A stretch of DNA of 64,000 bases from a virus. A program made the position numbers and the translations under genes. The notes under the pieces were generated by a model. That model was given only the letters and a program-made list of their open reading frames with translations. It was not told the origin of the DNA and searched no databases. The stretch lies in the IMG/VR virus record IMGVR_UViG_3300035698_012962, positions 64,001 through 128,000 of that record; one strand, 5' to 3'. Positions 52,340 to 63,559 of the stretch are shown here, piece after piece. Each line of letters begins with the position of its first letter. The first letter of the stretch is position 1.

Positions 52340-53411
52340 TTAATAGAAATTTATTTGATATAACTTTGAATGATTCATTACCATTTTCTACATTTACGAA
52401 TACAAACCCCTCTTGATCAACTGTATCATTGAGAGTAGATTCAACATCGGCAATACGAATTAACTCTTCCATTCGTGAAGGAAGTTTTACATCATTCCAA
52501 ACAAGTGGAACCGTTTCCAAGTTCATCCATTTAATAGTTTGATAAAAATCAGAATACTCTACGTATGTGTACAAATCAATATCAAAAAGTGAAAAGAATT
52601 TAACAGTTTGACCTTTTAATTTGTACGGATTTCCTTGCACGCCCTCACCAATCAATTCACCCTGTATGGCGAAATTATTAATTTGGGATTCACTGTTCCA
52701 ACATTCCCTCATCTTTTCCTCAATCTCAAGATCACGAGCAACTTTCCAAAATGTATTATCGTCTGTTTCTAACAAATCAATATTTCTGGAACATACACCA
52801 AATTCACCATCACGTAAATAAAATGTTGCTGAACTACCATCTAACTTTTCTGTTGCGATCCATGTCTTTTTACGTAGATCCTCATATTCATCAACTAAAT
52901 TCTGTATCCGTTCTTGGTCAGTTTTTCTAATCCATGACGGGAAGTATCCTTTTGCGACACCTGATAAATTAGCAGGAATTGGTGGTTCGTATTTTACGAT
53001 CCCAAGTATATCCGATACATCCTCACCGATTAAATAATCATCAGTTTCTTTTGATTCATCTACCATATCAAACAATACTTCTTCTGGGATATTCTCAATC
53101 GGTAAGATCAATCCTTGCGACGTCTGCCCACGCATCCGTATCGTTTTCAGCCGGAATCCTTCAGTACCATCGGACATTTGTTTGTACGATGTTTTACGTA
53201 AAAACTCAAACTCCTCACGAATTGGTAAGAAGGAATCTACCTCACAGTAAATAATAATATCACCTATATTATATAATCCTTTTTTGATTACAACATCCCA
53301 ACCACGTACAGTTGCAACTTCAATGTTGTCTGCATTGGGAATCGGTCTAATATCTTTAATTTTTTGTATTGTTGCTAATTGTCGCATTGCGATTCTCTTA
53401 TTTTGTTCCAT
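52329..53411 (-). CDS. RNA ligase, DRB0094/Rnl2-like family (start probably MRQLAT)
   Basis: IPNADNIE, YCEVDSFLP, RGQTSQGL, KTDQERIQN, TEKLDGSS, QGELIG, EGFVF, FKVISNKFL. Confidence 0.92.
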   Translation of the reverse strand: MEQNKRIAMRQLATIQKIKDIRPIPNADNIEVATVRGWDVVIKKGLYNIGDIIIYCEVDSFLPIREEFEFLRKTSYKQMSDGTEGFRLKTIRMRGQTSQGLILPIENIPEEVLFDMVDESKETDDYLIGEDVSDILGIVKYEPPIPANLSGVAKGYFPSWIRKTDQERIQNLVDEYEDLRKKTWIATEKLDGSSATFYLRDGEFGVCSRNIDLLETDDNTFWKVARDLEIEEKMRECWNSESQINNFAIQGELIGEGVQGNPYKLKGQTVKFFSLFDIDLYTYVEYSDFYQTIKWMNLETVPLVWNDVKLPSRMEELIRIADVESTLNDTVDQEGFVFVNVENGNESFKVISNKFLLNEK

Positions 53412-53644
53412 CTTTGTATAATTGTTTTAATTGTTTTTTATAATTTGTGAAAGTTCGTCTACGATCTCATCAATATAATCGTCTCCACAATTTATATCAT
53501 CACTACCTACACTAATAGTAAAGTCCTTTCTAATAATTGAGTAATCAATAGCACTTATAATGTTTTCAGATTCGATATATGTTTTATCTGTAATGTTTTG
53601 TATACTCATAATTTTTATATTAAGATGTTATTTGGTTTTAATTT

Positions 53645-54028
53645 TCAATAGAACCCCTTCCATGTTTCTCCGTATGGAACTGCATAGCCTATTTTTAGTA
53701 AGTGTTCCCCTAATGAATCTCCCTCATCAAAATGAATATTATCAGGAATCCATAACCAAGCAATCCACCGACCATACTTACCCGTCTTCATAGTGTTGAT
53801 TATTACATCTTTACCTTTTATAATGGATCGGACATAATCTCCTACAATTAAACCATCTTCACGTTCATCACCTCGTAACTCTGGGGTATTAATATCTGCG
53901 ATACGATAAGAACGATTCATCACAGTCACCGACATCCCCAAATCCGTATCTGCACGGAATGTATCACCATCATATACACTAATCACATTTATTCGATAAT
54001 AATATAAGTTATTTCCTATTTTATTCAT
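53645..54028 (-). CDS. Thermonuclease (SNase-like)
   Basis: VYDGDT, RIADINTPE, GKYGRW, GYAVPY. Confidence 0.88.
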   Translation of the reverse strand: MNKIGNNLYYYRINVISVYDGDTFRADTDLGMSVTVMNRSYRIADINTPELRGDEREDGLIVGDYVRSIIKGKDVIINTMKTGKYGRWIAWLWIPDNIHFDEGDSLGEHLLKIGYAVPYGETWKGFY

Positions 54029-54084
54029 ACGTATTATTGGTTTAATTTATATTTGATGATAGTAGTTTACAGAATAGAATCGTA

Positions 54085-54801
54085 TCAATCCCACCAACTC
54101 ATTGAATGTTCACTCATAATCTTATATAACAAATCTACACAACGTTTTTGATTTGTGGTTGCAATATACGTTGCTATTTTCTCTTTATCTAATGGATTGA
54201 TTGGATCTAAATTCGGATATCTACTTCTTACTAGTTCATACTGAAGTGGATACAAATTAAAATATGAATCTAAATCTTCCCAAATAGTTTCAAATTCAAT
54301 CCGTGACATATCAGAATCTTTAATTGGAATTCCCCACATTTTTCTATCCATATAATCCATATGTTCTAATTCATAATAATCATTATTAATTCTATCAATC
54401 AGCTTACATGATACTCTCATCCACTTTACATTTTTATCCCACCCTTCATAATATTTCCTATCCTCATGGTAGATAGCCATGTTTTCAATTTTGTGTTTTA
54501 ACATAATAAACATATAGTGCCGATCCCAATCTCTATCATTCCAAATGATATAGAACCATGATTTGATACTTTTCAAACCTCTCCATATTTCTTTATGTTT
54601 AAAACTCCAATTATATTCCCAGTGTAAATTCATTCTTCGAAAAAAGTTAGGACGTTTTCTATCTTCATCGAAGAACAAAAATCTATCTTCAGTTTCACTC
54701 TCTTCATCTATATTCCCAATTGATTTCATATATTTAAATACATAATAAAAATAACCACATAAAAAAATAAAAACAAGTGAAGTAATTATATAAAATGTCA
54801 T
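54085..54801 (-). CDS. Conserved phage protein with N-terminal TM (WNDRDWD...WWD)
   Basis: 238-aa ORF after the promoter at 54845-54873. Confidence 0.55.
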   Translation of the reverse strand: MTFYIITSLVFIFLCGYFYYVFKYMKSIGNIDEESETEDRFLFFDEDRKRPNFFRRMNLHWEYNWSFKHKEIWRGLKSIKSWFYIIWNDRDWDRHYMFIMLKHKIENMAIYHEDRKYYEGWDKNVKWMRVSCKLIDRINNDYYELEHMDYMDRKMWGIPIKDSDMSRIEFETIWEDLDSYFNLYPLQYELVRSRYPNLDPINPLDKEKIATYIATTNQKRCVDLLYKIMSEHSMSWWD

Positions 54802-54844
54802 ATCACTTTTTCCTCTTCATATTTTACTATATACAAGCATATGT

Positions 54845-54873
54845 AATATAGATAATATTTATATCAAAGTCAA
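54845..54873 (-). promoter_or_regulatory. Early promoter
   Basis: TTGACT-N17-TATATT. Confidence 0.65.
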
Positions 54874-54886
54874 TAAACTTCCGGGA

Positions 54887-55228
54887 TTATTTGGTTCCAG
54901 TACGGCCAGCCATAATTACAGTGCCAGTTAAAATACTACCAAACGCTAAATGAAATAAACCACCACCCATTAAGGTTAACGGTTCATGCGTTCTGGTTAG
55001 TGTTTGTACTGTATATAAAGCTACTTCAGTTTCCATTCCCTGTGTAATGTTTACGATTTCTATAATGGATGGGCGAGAATATCCTACGAATATTGGTAGA
55101 ATAACGAAATCAAATAAACATATAAAGAAGTATAAAATTCCGGCAATGCCTTTCCAGCTATCATTAGAAACTAACCAATCTATAAATGTTCTCATTAATC
55201 TTTTCCGTTTTGGAGTTGTATTATTCAT
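54887..55228 (-). CDS. Holin (GTA 3TM-holin-like)
   Basis: WKGIAGILYFFICLFDFVILP...PLTLMGGGLFHLAFG; late motif TATTTATA at 55250-55257. Confidence 0.65.
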   Translation of the reverse strand: MNNTTPKRKRLMRTFIDWLVSNDSWKGIAGILYFFICLFDFVILPIFVGYSRPSIIEIVNITQGMETEVALYTVQTLTRTHEPLTLMGGGLFHLAFGSILTGTVIMAGRTGTK

Positions 55229-57218
55229 AACAAACTTTTTACGTGTATATATAAATATTATATTTTTAAGTTTAACTATAAATAATATTCCGTTTATCGG
55301 AAATTAATTAATCCATTCAAATTTCGTTTCTAAGAAGTTATAAATAAATTACACTGTACTTACCTAACCTACTGTAGTTGAATCCTCTGTGGTAAAATTT
55401 GCCCACTTACAATTGATTCTAAGTGTGATATAATAACTTTAATATTTCTTTGATATTATTATTTGCAGATTCTAAATTTATCTCTCTTCCTTCTTTATTT
55501 TTTTCTGTGTGGAAAATCTGGCATAGTAGAACTGCTTCATGAACGTTTTCAACGAGATCTATCAGTTCGTTATTCTTCTTTTCATTATAGTTTGCAAATA
55601 TATTAAAGTCTATATAGTCACCTATAGATGGGTGGTTGATTCTAATCTTATTCCACTCTTCTTTTTGTTTGGTTATATCTTTCATTTTATCTGCCACACT
55701 CCAGTTTCTCCTTTATTAGCTAATGAATGTTGTACCCATTCACTTACATTTTTCCATGTTTTATTTGCGGCTTTACATACGGCAATTGTATCTCCTTTCT
55801 TAAAGAAATGATCTTTATTCCAGTACCATTTAATTTCATTATGAAATGTATCACTATTCTCTATATTAGGATGGCATAAGTAAGAAGAACCTTCTTCTAA
55901 TTTTTGTAAAAATTCAGCTTTCATATTATAATGATTCTGTTTTGTGCCGTTCCGTAAAGTAGGCTACATTAATTAATGGTATCCATTTACTTTTTCCACT
56001 TATGATAAGTCGTAATAATCCACCTTCTGTTTGAAAATGCTCTACATTATCTATGTACTCAGGCGTAGGTGAATCGGTGTAGTATAAAACTATATCATAC
56101 GTTCTTTTAACTTTTGATTTCATAATTCGTTATTGTTTAATGTTTTAGGATCAGTTACGGAACCATCATCTGGCCACTCAAATGGATATACTCCTCTTGA
56201 TAGAAGGTACATCAAATCCTCAGTGTATCCTGCTGTATGTGGTAGATGTGTTTTTCTGAAACTTCCTATACCACCACTGTATAATTTATAAAATGATAGA
56301 TTCCGAACTTCCTCATCCGTCATATCCTCAATCCTACGTGCGATTAGGGTGCAGTCATCAACGCCTTTGCTTTCATAAAATGTGCCTAAGTCTATTGTGT
56401 GATTTCTCGGATGAATACCAAAAAACACTTCATCTTTCAATCCAAGAATAGTCGATACTTGAACTTTAAACATCCCATTTGCAAAAAGGTGTGGTACTTC
56501 TTTCCAGTTTTTCATTTTCTTATTGGTTTTTAATTCTAGTGTCTTTACAAACTTGCATTAATGTACGTTGTACCTGTTCGATTGCATCTGAATCCTTATA
56601 GTACCAATTATGTAATGTATCCACCGTGTGGTACGAACCAGTAGGTTTTAATGCCCATCTTTCAATATCAATCAACGATTCTAACATTCGTTCATAATTC
56701 TTTGCTATCTTAACATCAACAGGATACGACAGACCATCTATCTCAATATACGATTTTTTAGACGGATCGTTTATTTCTATTTTTGGTTTATATATTTTCA
56801 TACAATATTCGGTTTTGTGTTTTCTACTATCTCCATTGCCTTATGAAAACAAGATAAAATTAAAAGTTCATTATCCTTAAAAACCTCATTATCAGGTTTG
56901 TCCAATGACTTAACATACTTCTTTATTTTCTTTAAAATCATATCCGTTCTATCCTCACTTACTACACGAGCATATCCTTTCATAATTGTTATAATTTTTC
57001 GTGGAACCAATGGGTATTTTCAATCAGGTCAGCTATTACAAAAATGAGTGATACTGGGCCGGACAGTCCGGCTGAAATTAACTCCATTATATATTGGATT
57101 CGTGTTATATTTGTTGTGTTTCTGTGTACGATTATACCACAGAGTACTCCTATAAAGAGCCAAGTTGATGTAAGAATATAGATTGTCATAGTGATTGTGT
57201 TATTAGATTTATATGAGT

Positions 57219-57584
57219 TTAAAACCCATAGTGATTTTCAACTTCTGTTTTATATTCTTTACTACTATCATTATCAGTTTCAACCAACCGATCAATAATT
57301 TCAACTAGCTGATCAACATATACTTCATTGGTTTCAGATACTAAGTTGTAGTGAGAATTTCGAATTTCAACATTAAACAAATCCGGAACTCTATTATAAG
57401 TGATATCGACAATTCCTTTATGTTTGAATCCTTGCACCTTAAAGGTAAGTGCCTTATTAAAAAAATTAGTGAAATTATGTGCTCCCCATGACCATACTAC
57501 TGGCCCAGAAAAGAGATTTGATAATTGTTGAACATCAAATTCATCTTTGTTTTGAACGTATTCGTTGAATTTTATTTTACTCAT
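57219..57584 (-). CDS. Conserved early phage protein (WSWGAH...FKVQGFKHKG)
   Basis: 121 aa after promoter-leader copy 5. Confidence 0.6.
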   Translation of the reverse strand: MSKIKFNEYVQNKDEFDVQQLSNLFSGPVVWSWGAHNFTNFFNKALTFKVQGFKHKGIVDITYNRVPDLFNVEIRNSHYNLVSETNEVYVDQLVEIIDRLVETDNDSSKEYKTEVENHYGF

Positions 57585-57594
57585 TTGTTTGTTG

Positions 57595-57650
57595 ATTAGG
57601 TTATCATTAACTCAATACTATAATGTATTAATAATATTTATCAATGTCAA
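57595..57650 (-). repeat. Early promoter-leader repeat, copy 5
   Basis: TTGACA-N17-TACATT, then TGAGTTAATGATAACCTAAT. Confidence 0.9.
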
Positions 57651-57676
57651 ATATATTTATCAATTAATTGTTGTAG

Positions 57677-58255
57677 TTAAAATGTTGCATTACAATTTGA
57701 ACAAGGGCAAGATATATAACGAACACATGGCTCACCACGATTGGTAATACCTGTTCCATTGCACTTAGGGCATTGATAATGCATACATTGTTGGTTATCA
57801 TCCTTACCCATAAATCGTTTTGGAACATTAAATATTTTACTCAATTCATTTATCTGTTCCTTATAATCTTCTTGATTGTTATTCCTATTCATTTTTTTCA
57901 ATTTTTGTATTAATTTTTTATCTTCGTCACTCAATGGAGCCTTAAAAGTTAATGGAACCATAGTCTCATGTCTTCCATTTAAGAAAAATTCTACTGTTAT
58001 TTGTACTCTATTCACATATTTTATATAATGAACTCCAATTTCTTGGGTATCCTTTATATCAATTGCAAAAGTGATTTTATCATCACTATCTAATTTTCTT
58101 TCTATTTTCTTTCGTACTTTTTTAAGAAGCTTCTCTAATCCACCATTAAAGGTTTTATGATCTAAATCTAAACGATCAAGAACTTTCCATATTATGTGTT
58201 TTTTGTCTTTTTGGCTAAGTTCTTTTCTTCTTAATAGTTCTTTAAATTTACTCAT
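57677..58255 (-). CDS. Hypothetical protein with C-terminal Cys-rich zinc finger
   Basis: CMHYQCPKCNGTG...CVRYISCPCSNC. Confidence 0.55.
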   Translation of the reverse strand: MSKFKELLRRKELSQKDKKHIIWKVLDRLDLDHKTFNGGLEKLLKKVRKKIERKLDSDDKITFAIDIKDTQEIGVHYIKYVNRVQITVEFFLNGRHETMVPLTFKAPLSDEDKKLIQKLKKMNRNNNQEDYKEQINELSKIFNVPKRFMGKDDNQQCMHYQCPKCNGTGITNRGEPCVRYISCPCSNCNATF

Positions 58256-59121
58256 ATCTAGAACTCATAAACTCTACTATATGTTTCATACAATTTTGTT
58301 TGATGATCGTTTGTTGGTGTGTATACTCTTCAAACTGTTTACAAATAGATTCCAACTCTTCTATAGAATGATTTCCTTTCCCTCTATATATTGGCTTTGA
58401 TGCTTTATTACCTTTGTAAGAAATCGGTAAGTACATATCATCTGTTTTATATGCATCTGAATTTTTCATTATATGTAACCTTTATTATCGTTTTTGTATT
58501 CTTCTTCTGTAATTTTTATTAGTGGTTGGCGGTGTAATTCTGGATGTCCCATGTTTGGATACCAGCTTACCAATTCCCCATCTATAAATTTATAACCAAC
58601 TTCCCATTGGCCTGCATCTCTATAATAAACATCACCTCTTAATCTAAGAGCGGATATATTTAGTTTTACATATTTAGGTGGTTTCCATGTCCAATAATCC
58701 CCTTCTTCTTTGTCAACGGTTTTTACTGGTGTAGTAAGTACTTCACATTTAATATAGAGCCCATACTCAAACTCATAGTGGATATCCCCTACTTTTATAT
58801 CCTCTGTTTTGATATTTCCTTTTGTATGCATATATTATTATTTTTCTAATTGTGCTAATTCAATTTCAATCCTATTTCTATACCAATTCAGAAAACGGAT
58901 TACTTGCTTCCTACCAACGGTAAGTGATCTAAAGCGTTTTATCTCAACTGATCGACCCTTTACGTAATCATCCAAATACCCTAATTGAACAGAGTATAAA
59001 TGATAGTATCCATCATCTTCTTTTTGTGCTCGTATTGATAGATCTCCATATGTATAAAAATGATTCATCTATTCCTCATATTTTTCAAGTAAGTTTAAAT
59101 CTATTTCGTTTTGTTTTGGTT

Positions 59122-59173
59122 GGTTATCATTAACTCACTACAGTAGTGTACGGAAAATTTAAGTGAAAGTCAA
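59122..59173 (-). repeat. Early promoter-leader repeat, copy 6 (variant)
   Basis: TTGACT-N17-TACACT, then TGAGTTAATGATAACC. Confidence 0.85.
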
Positions 59174-59181
59174 GGATGAAC

Positions 59182-59541
59182 TTAAAATTTTTTCAAAAGG
59201 TAATCTATTTTAATTAATAACAATTCAGTGTTGATTGGCTTGACAAGATAATCAATAATCCCCAACTCAAATAGTTGAGTTGCCTCCTCTTTATCAAATT
59301 TCTTGGATACTACAATGATTGGAATGTCCAAATCATTTTCTTTCATATAGTATAATATCTGTCTTCCATCTGAAGCATCTAAAATCAAATCCAATACAAT
59401 TAAGTGAATAGGGTATGTATTTACAATAACGATTATCTCATCAACTGATAATGCAGTAAATATTGTGTATCCTTTTTTCTCAAGTATCCGTTGGATATAG
59501 GTTTGAACAAGTTCTTCATTTTCTGCTATTAAGATATTCAT
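59182..59541 (-). CDS. Stand-alone response-regulator receiver domain (CheY-like)
   Basis: ILIAEN, LIVLD (phospho-Asp), DG, PIIVVS, DYLVKP. Confidence 0.88.
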   Translation of the reverse strand: MNILIAENEELVQTYIQRILEKKGYTIFTALSVDEIIVIVNTYPIHLIVLDLILDASDGRQILYYMKENDLDIPIIVVSKKFDKEEATQLFELGIIDYLVKPINTELLLIKIDYLLKKF

Positions 59542-62500
59542 TCAATGGATTGGAGTTTTACTAACTGTCTCCTACACGCTTCTAGTCTTGGTTCCACCTC
59601 ATATAGTTCTGCGAAATATTCTGAGTTGTTGTCAAATGATTCAACAACGTAATGATCTTCCACGCCTAAAAATATCCGCCAATGTTGGTATATATCTACA
59701 CCTTTCTCGTTATATAATAGATTGCATAAACCTATATAGCCCTTTTTCCACTTTTCGGTATTTGATGATGCTAACCCATTGGTTTCTAAATAGTCTATAG
59801 TCCATTGTATAAGTTCTATATGTTCTTCTTTTGATAATTCGCGAAAGTAGATAAGTTTGTTCATCGTTATTGTTTTTGTTTCCATTTTATTTTAGGGCAA
59901 TAGTTATCCTTCCAAGAAACATATCTTGTTTGGACTATTTGATATGCTTCTGTTTTATTTACAGTAGTTAACGCAATTATTAATAGGATCACGAATAATA
60001 CTAATGCTACACCTAACGTTATACCAACCGCAATTAATACCTCATAAGGATTTAATATAATTTCTACTGCTAATGATCCAAAAGCAAATCCTAACAGGAT
60101 CAGTGTAGCATATGTTAGTACTGATACTACTATGTATATTAAGATTTTAAAAAGGATAGAATGAGTGTTGATATCATATTGATCGGTGAATTTTTCATAA
60201 ATAGCTTTTCCTAAAAAACAAGGAATAACTAAAAGTAATCCGATTAATAGTTGCCAAACGTAATCACAAAAGTTTTCAGTTGGTTCCTTACCCCACCACC
60301 ATACATAAAATTTTCTGTGAAATGAATTAGTTAATAGTTCCATAATTATTATTTATTGTTATTGTTTTTATATCTATATCTTGCAACAATTTTAGCACTC
60401 CATAGTGCTACCGATGTTCGAATGAACCCAATAGTTAATACGCCTATTAATCCGTCAAGTAATAAACAAAACGCACATAACCATTTTAGTAATTGTAATT
60501 TCATATTATTTATTGTTATTGTTTTTCGCCCATATAGCACCTGCTTTAAAGGCTTCGTATTGATACTGATATGTTGAACTTACATCATGTTCATGATGGA
60601 TAATCGCATAATCATCAGCCGCTTTGGCTAAAGATGGCGCAATTGGATATATCGTAATATGATTTTGTTCGTTCAGATGGATTCTATAATATTCAGGATC
60701 ATCATATTCCCATGTCGTTGATTGAGTAACCCCTTCGCATTTTAAATACACTTCATCCCCATCAGTTAAATTACCATCTGCTATATACTGTAATATTGGA
60801 TCTGAAAATTGCTCAGGTAATGCTAATATTTTTTTAACCCATTTGTTTTTATAATCTTCACTTACTTTAGAATCCTTTAACTGTAATGTAGATTCGTGAT
60901 AAATTTTCCCATAAAATGGATTCTTTTTATTTCCATCAACTTCTAAATTTAGATATTTATCACCGACTTCTATTTCTTCAGTTTCGGAAACAATCATAGG
61001 TTTTACTATATCATTACACCAATCAACGCCTGAAGTGATGGGTTCAGTATATGGTTCTTGAAGAACCAACTTTCCTTTAACTACATTTTTACCATTAATA
61101 GTTTCTATATTAGTTACTTTAGGTTGATATTTCATGATAGTTTATTAAATTCAATTACGTATTGATCGTATAATTCCTGTTTAGCAATAGCGTGAACATT
61201 TGAACCAAAAAATTTCATTCCCATTCCACCGTTCCCATCTCCGTTTGGAGCTTCTGGCTCATCACCGAATTCAACGATATCCATATAAAGTGCATCTGCA
61301 TCTTTCGCGCTTGATCGGAAAAATCCTGCAATTCCACTACCTGAAAATCTTATTCGTACATATAAGTTTTCAATTGGTAAGGGATTGAGGTCAGTAATCG
61401 GTTCCAACTGCTCTTCCGTATGAATGATTACGCCTGCTTTCTCCAATGTATTTAAGATAAAGGTTCGATCTAAACTTCCCATATTTTTCCACACAATAGG
61501 ATTACTAGCGATTCTTATTAAACCCTCAATCATATCTGGTACAGCGGATATGGCTTTTATATCATGTTCGTTGCCATGAAATTCCGTTCCACTACCTTGC
61601 GGGTGACTTAGTACATCACCAATGTTAAAATGCCCATCAGGTATATAACCTTCAAATTCGTAGTTTTTCGTTATGTTCGGTTTTTTCATATTTACCAACT
61701 ATTAACGAATCTTATAAATTTCACATCCTTTGGAAGTTTTGAAACGTCAACCTCATATCCCTTTGAAGATTCATTACCCCACTCTTTACATGCATCACCC
61801 AACTTTACTTCCATTACTGGTTTATCACCGGGTTCTTCATATTCAAAGAAATCAAAAACTTCATCAGGAATAGAAACATCTGCTCCCTCACAAGTTTCCC
61901 AAATCTCTTTCATCTTATTCCATTTGTCGTCTGGTGGTTTAAATCCCACTACATATGTACTCATTCCCATAATCTATTTTGTTTTATTATATTAAAATTC
62001 AATTCGTAAGTTTTTTGAGTGTTTTTTCTGATGCCGTGATTGTATATGTTATCTGTGATCGCTCACGTTCATTAAAATCTTCAGATAGAACTGTGTTACA
62101 GTTTTCTAATTGGAGTTTTGTCATTACTAACATATCAATTAATTCCCTAACATTCTCGGCTTCCTCTTTATATATAAACCCAAACTTAGGATTATCATCA
62201 ACGAGTACAACCCAATCTCCATGTTCATGCTTTACTTCTGTTTTCATATATCAACTCCTTGTTTTTTAAGTATCGTTTCAATTTCACTCCGTACAAAACC
62301 ACCTATGCCGTCTAAATAAGCATACGTTTCAATTAATGTATCCGTGATTTCTTTTTGATTAGATTCTAAGTGATTCACCCAATCAATGAGTTTGTAATAC
62401 TCATCTAATGCTAATCCTTTTTGGTAAGAGTTAAGGACCCAACCAGCCATTTGTGCTTTTAAATTTTCTATCTCAGGCTTTTTCATAACTCAACATCCAC

Positions 62501-62978
62501 ATCTACCATATACCATTTATCACCATAGTACACTTCAATCTCAAATTCATCTGGGTGGTGTTCTCTAGCAGTAGTATCTCCATATGGATGATCAGTATAA
62601 CCACCTCCTACTTGCTCCACACTTGCATCCAATTTAAATTCAGTAGGTATATGGGTGATTACCCATTCTTCAAATCCATTATCACAGAGCCATTCAATCT
62701 GCTCCCATGTTCTTTCCAACGCTCCGATTCTGTTAAGGAACCAAACGTGATTTTCGTTATCAGTTGTAAATAAAATTTCTCTCATTTTTACCTGTTTTTT
62801 ATTTGTTTTATATATTCATTGATTTCAGTTTCATCTGTAATTCGCTCAGTACGACTTGGCTTCGCACCATAATATTCTTCATAAAAGAAATACTCACCGT
62901 TTTCTATTTCATACCAAACATCTCTATATGTGTAGTCACCACCGTATGTATCAACAACTTGCCCTTCTTCTATATAGT

Positions 62979-63146
62979 TCATTTTATCTCTGGTGAGTAG
63001 TTGTTTCGTATCCAATCTTTAACCGCTTCAAATGCTTTAACTGTTTCGGTTTGGTCTGAAGTTGGTACGAATCTATACCATTGTATTCAATCATAAAATT
63101 CTTGATCATCTAATCGTTTATTTGCTTTTTCTAATTCTTTATTCAT
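62979..63146 (-). pseudogene. Small gene with an internal TGA
   Basis: MNKELEK...QEFYD*IQWYRF...SPEIK*; TGA at 63087-63089; ends in an ATGA overlap with MNYIEE at 62982. Confidence 0.6.
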
Positions 63147-63373
63147 AATGCTGTTGAATTATTTGAATGATCGTATATATGGTTTTTTCATTTCCCTTCT
63201 GATATCACCTATTCTATTATTCATGTCATCAATAGTTTCAGTTCTGATGTGTTCAAGATTTTGTTTGATGGTTTTCTTTTCACCATCTGTTAGGTCACCA
63301 AAGCAACCCCATGAATCTAATAGGTCAAATGTTCTTTCTACTTGTAGTTGTGAATTTGTCATTTTTCGTTTGA

Positions 63374-63553
63374 TTAGTAGTTACTGATTTCTGCGATCAT
63401 CTCTTTTGCGTTCTTACGTGCTACGGAAGTATCGTATTGATTTGGATAGTGATTTTTCAAATATCTCATCACATCTCTTACAGTTACTTTAGATGATTCC
63501 GCGATGGCTTGTCTGATTTTCATTTCGGAGAGTTGTTCTTTTTTATTATTCAT
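63374..63553 (-). CDS. 59-aa early protein (below the ORF-track cutoff)
   Basis: MNNKKEQLSE...EISNY*, directly after promoter-leader copy 7. Confidence 0.6.
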   Translation of the reverse strand: MNNKKEQLSEMKIRQAIAESSKVTVRDVMRYLKNHYPNQYDTSVARKNAKEMIAEISNY

Positions 63554-63559
63554 AACTAC

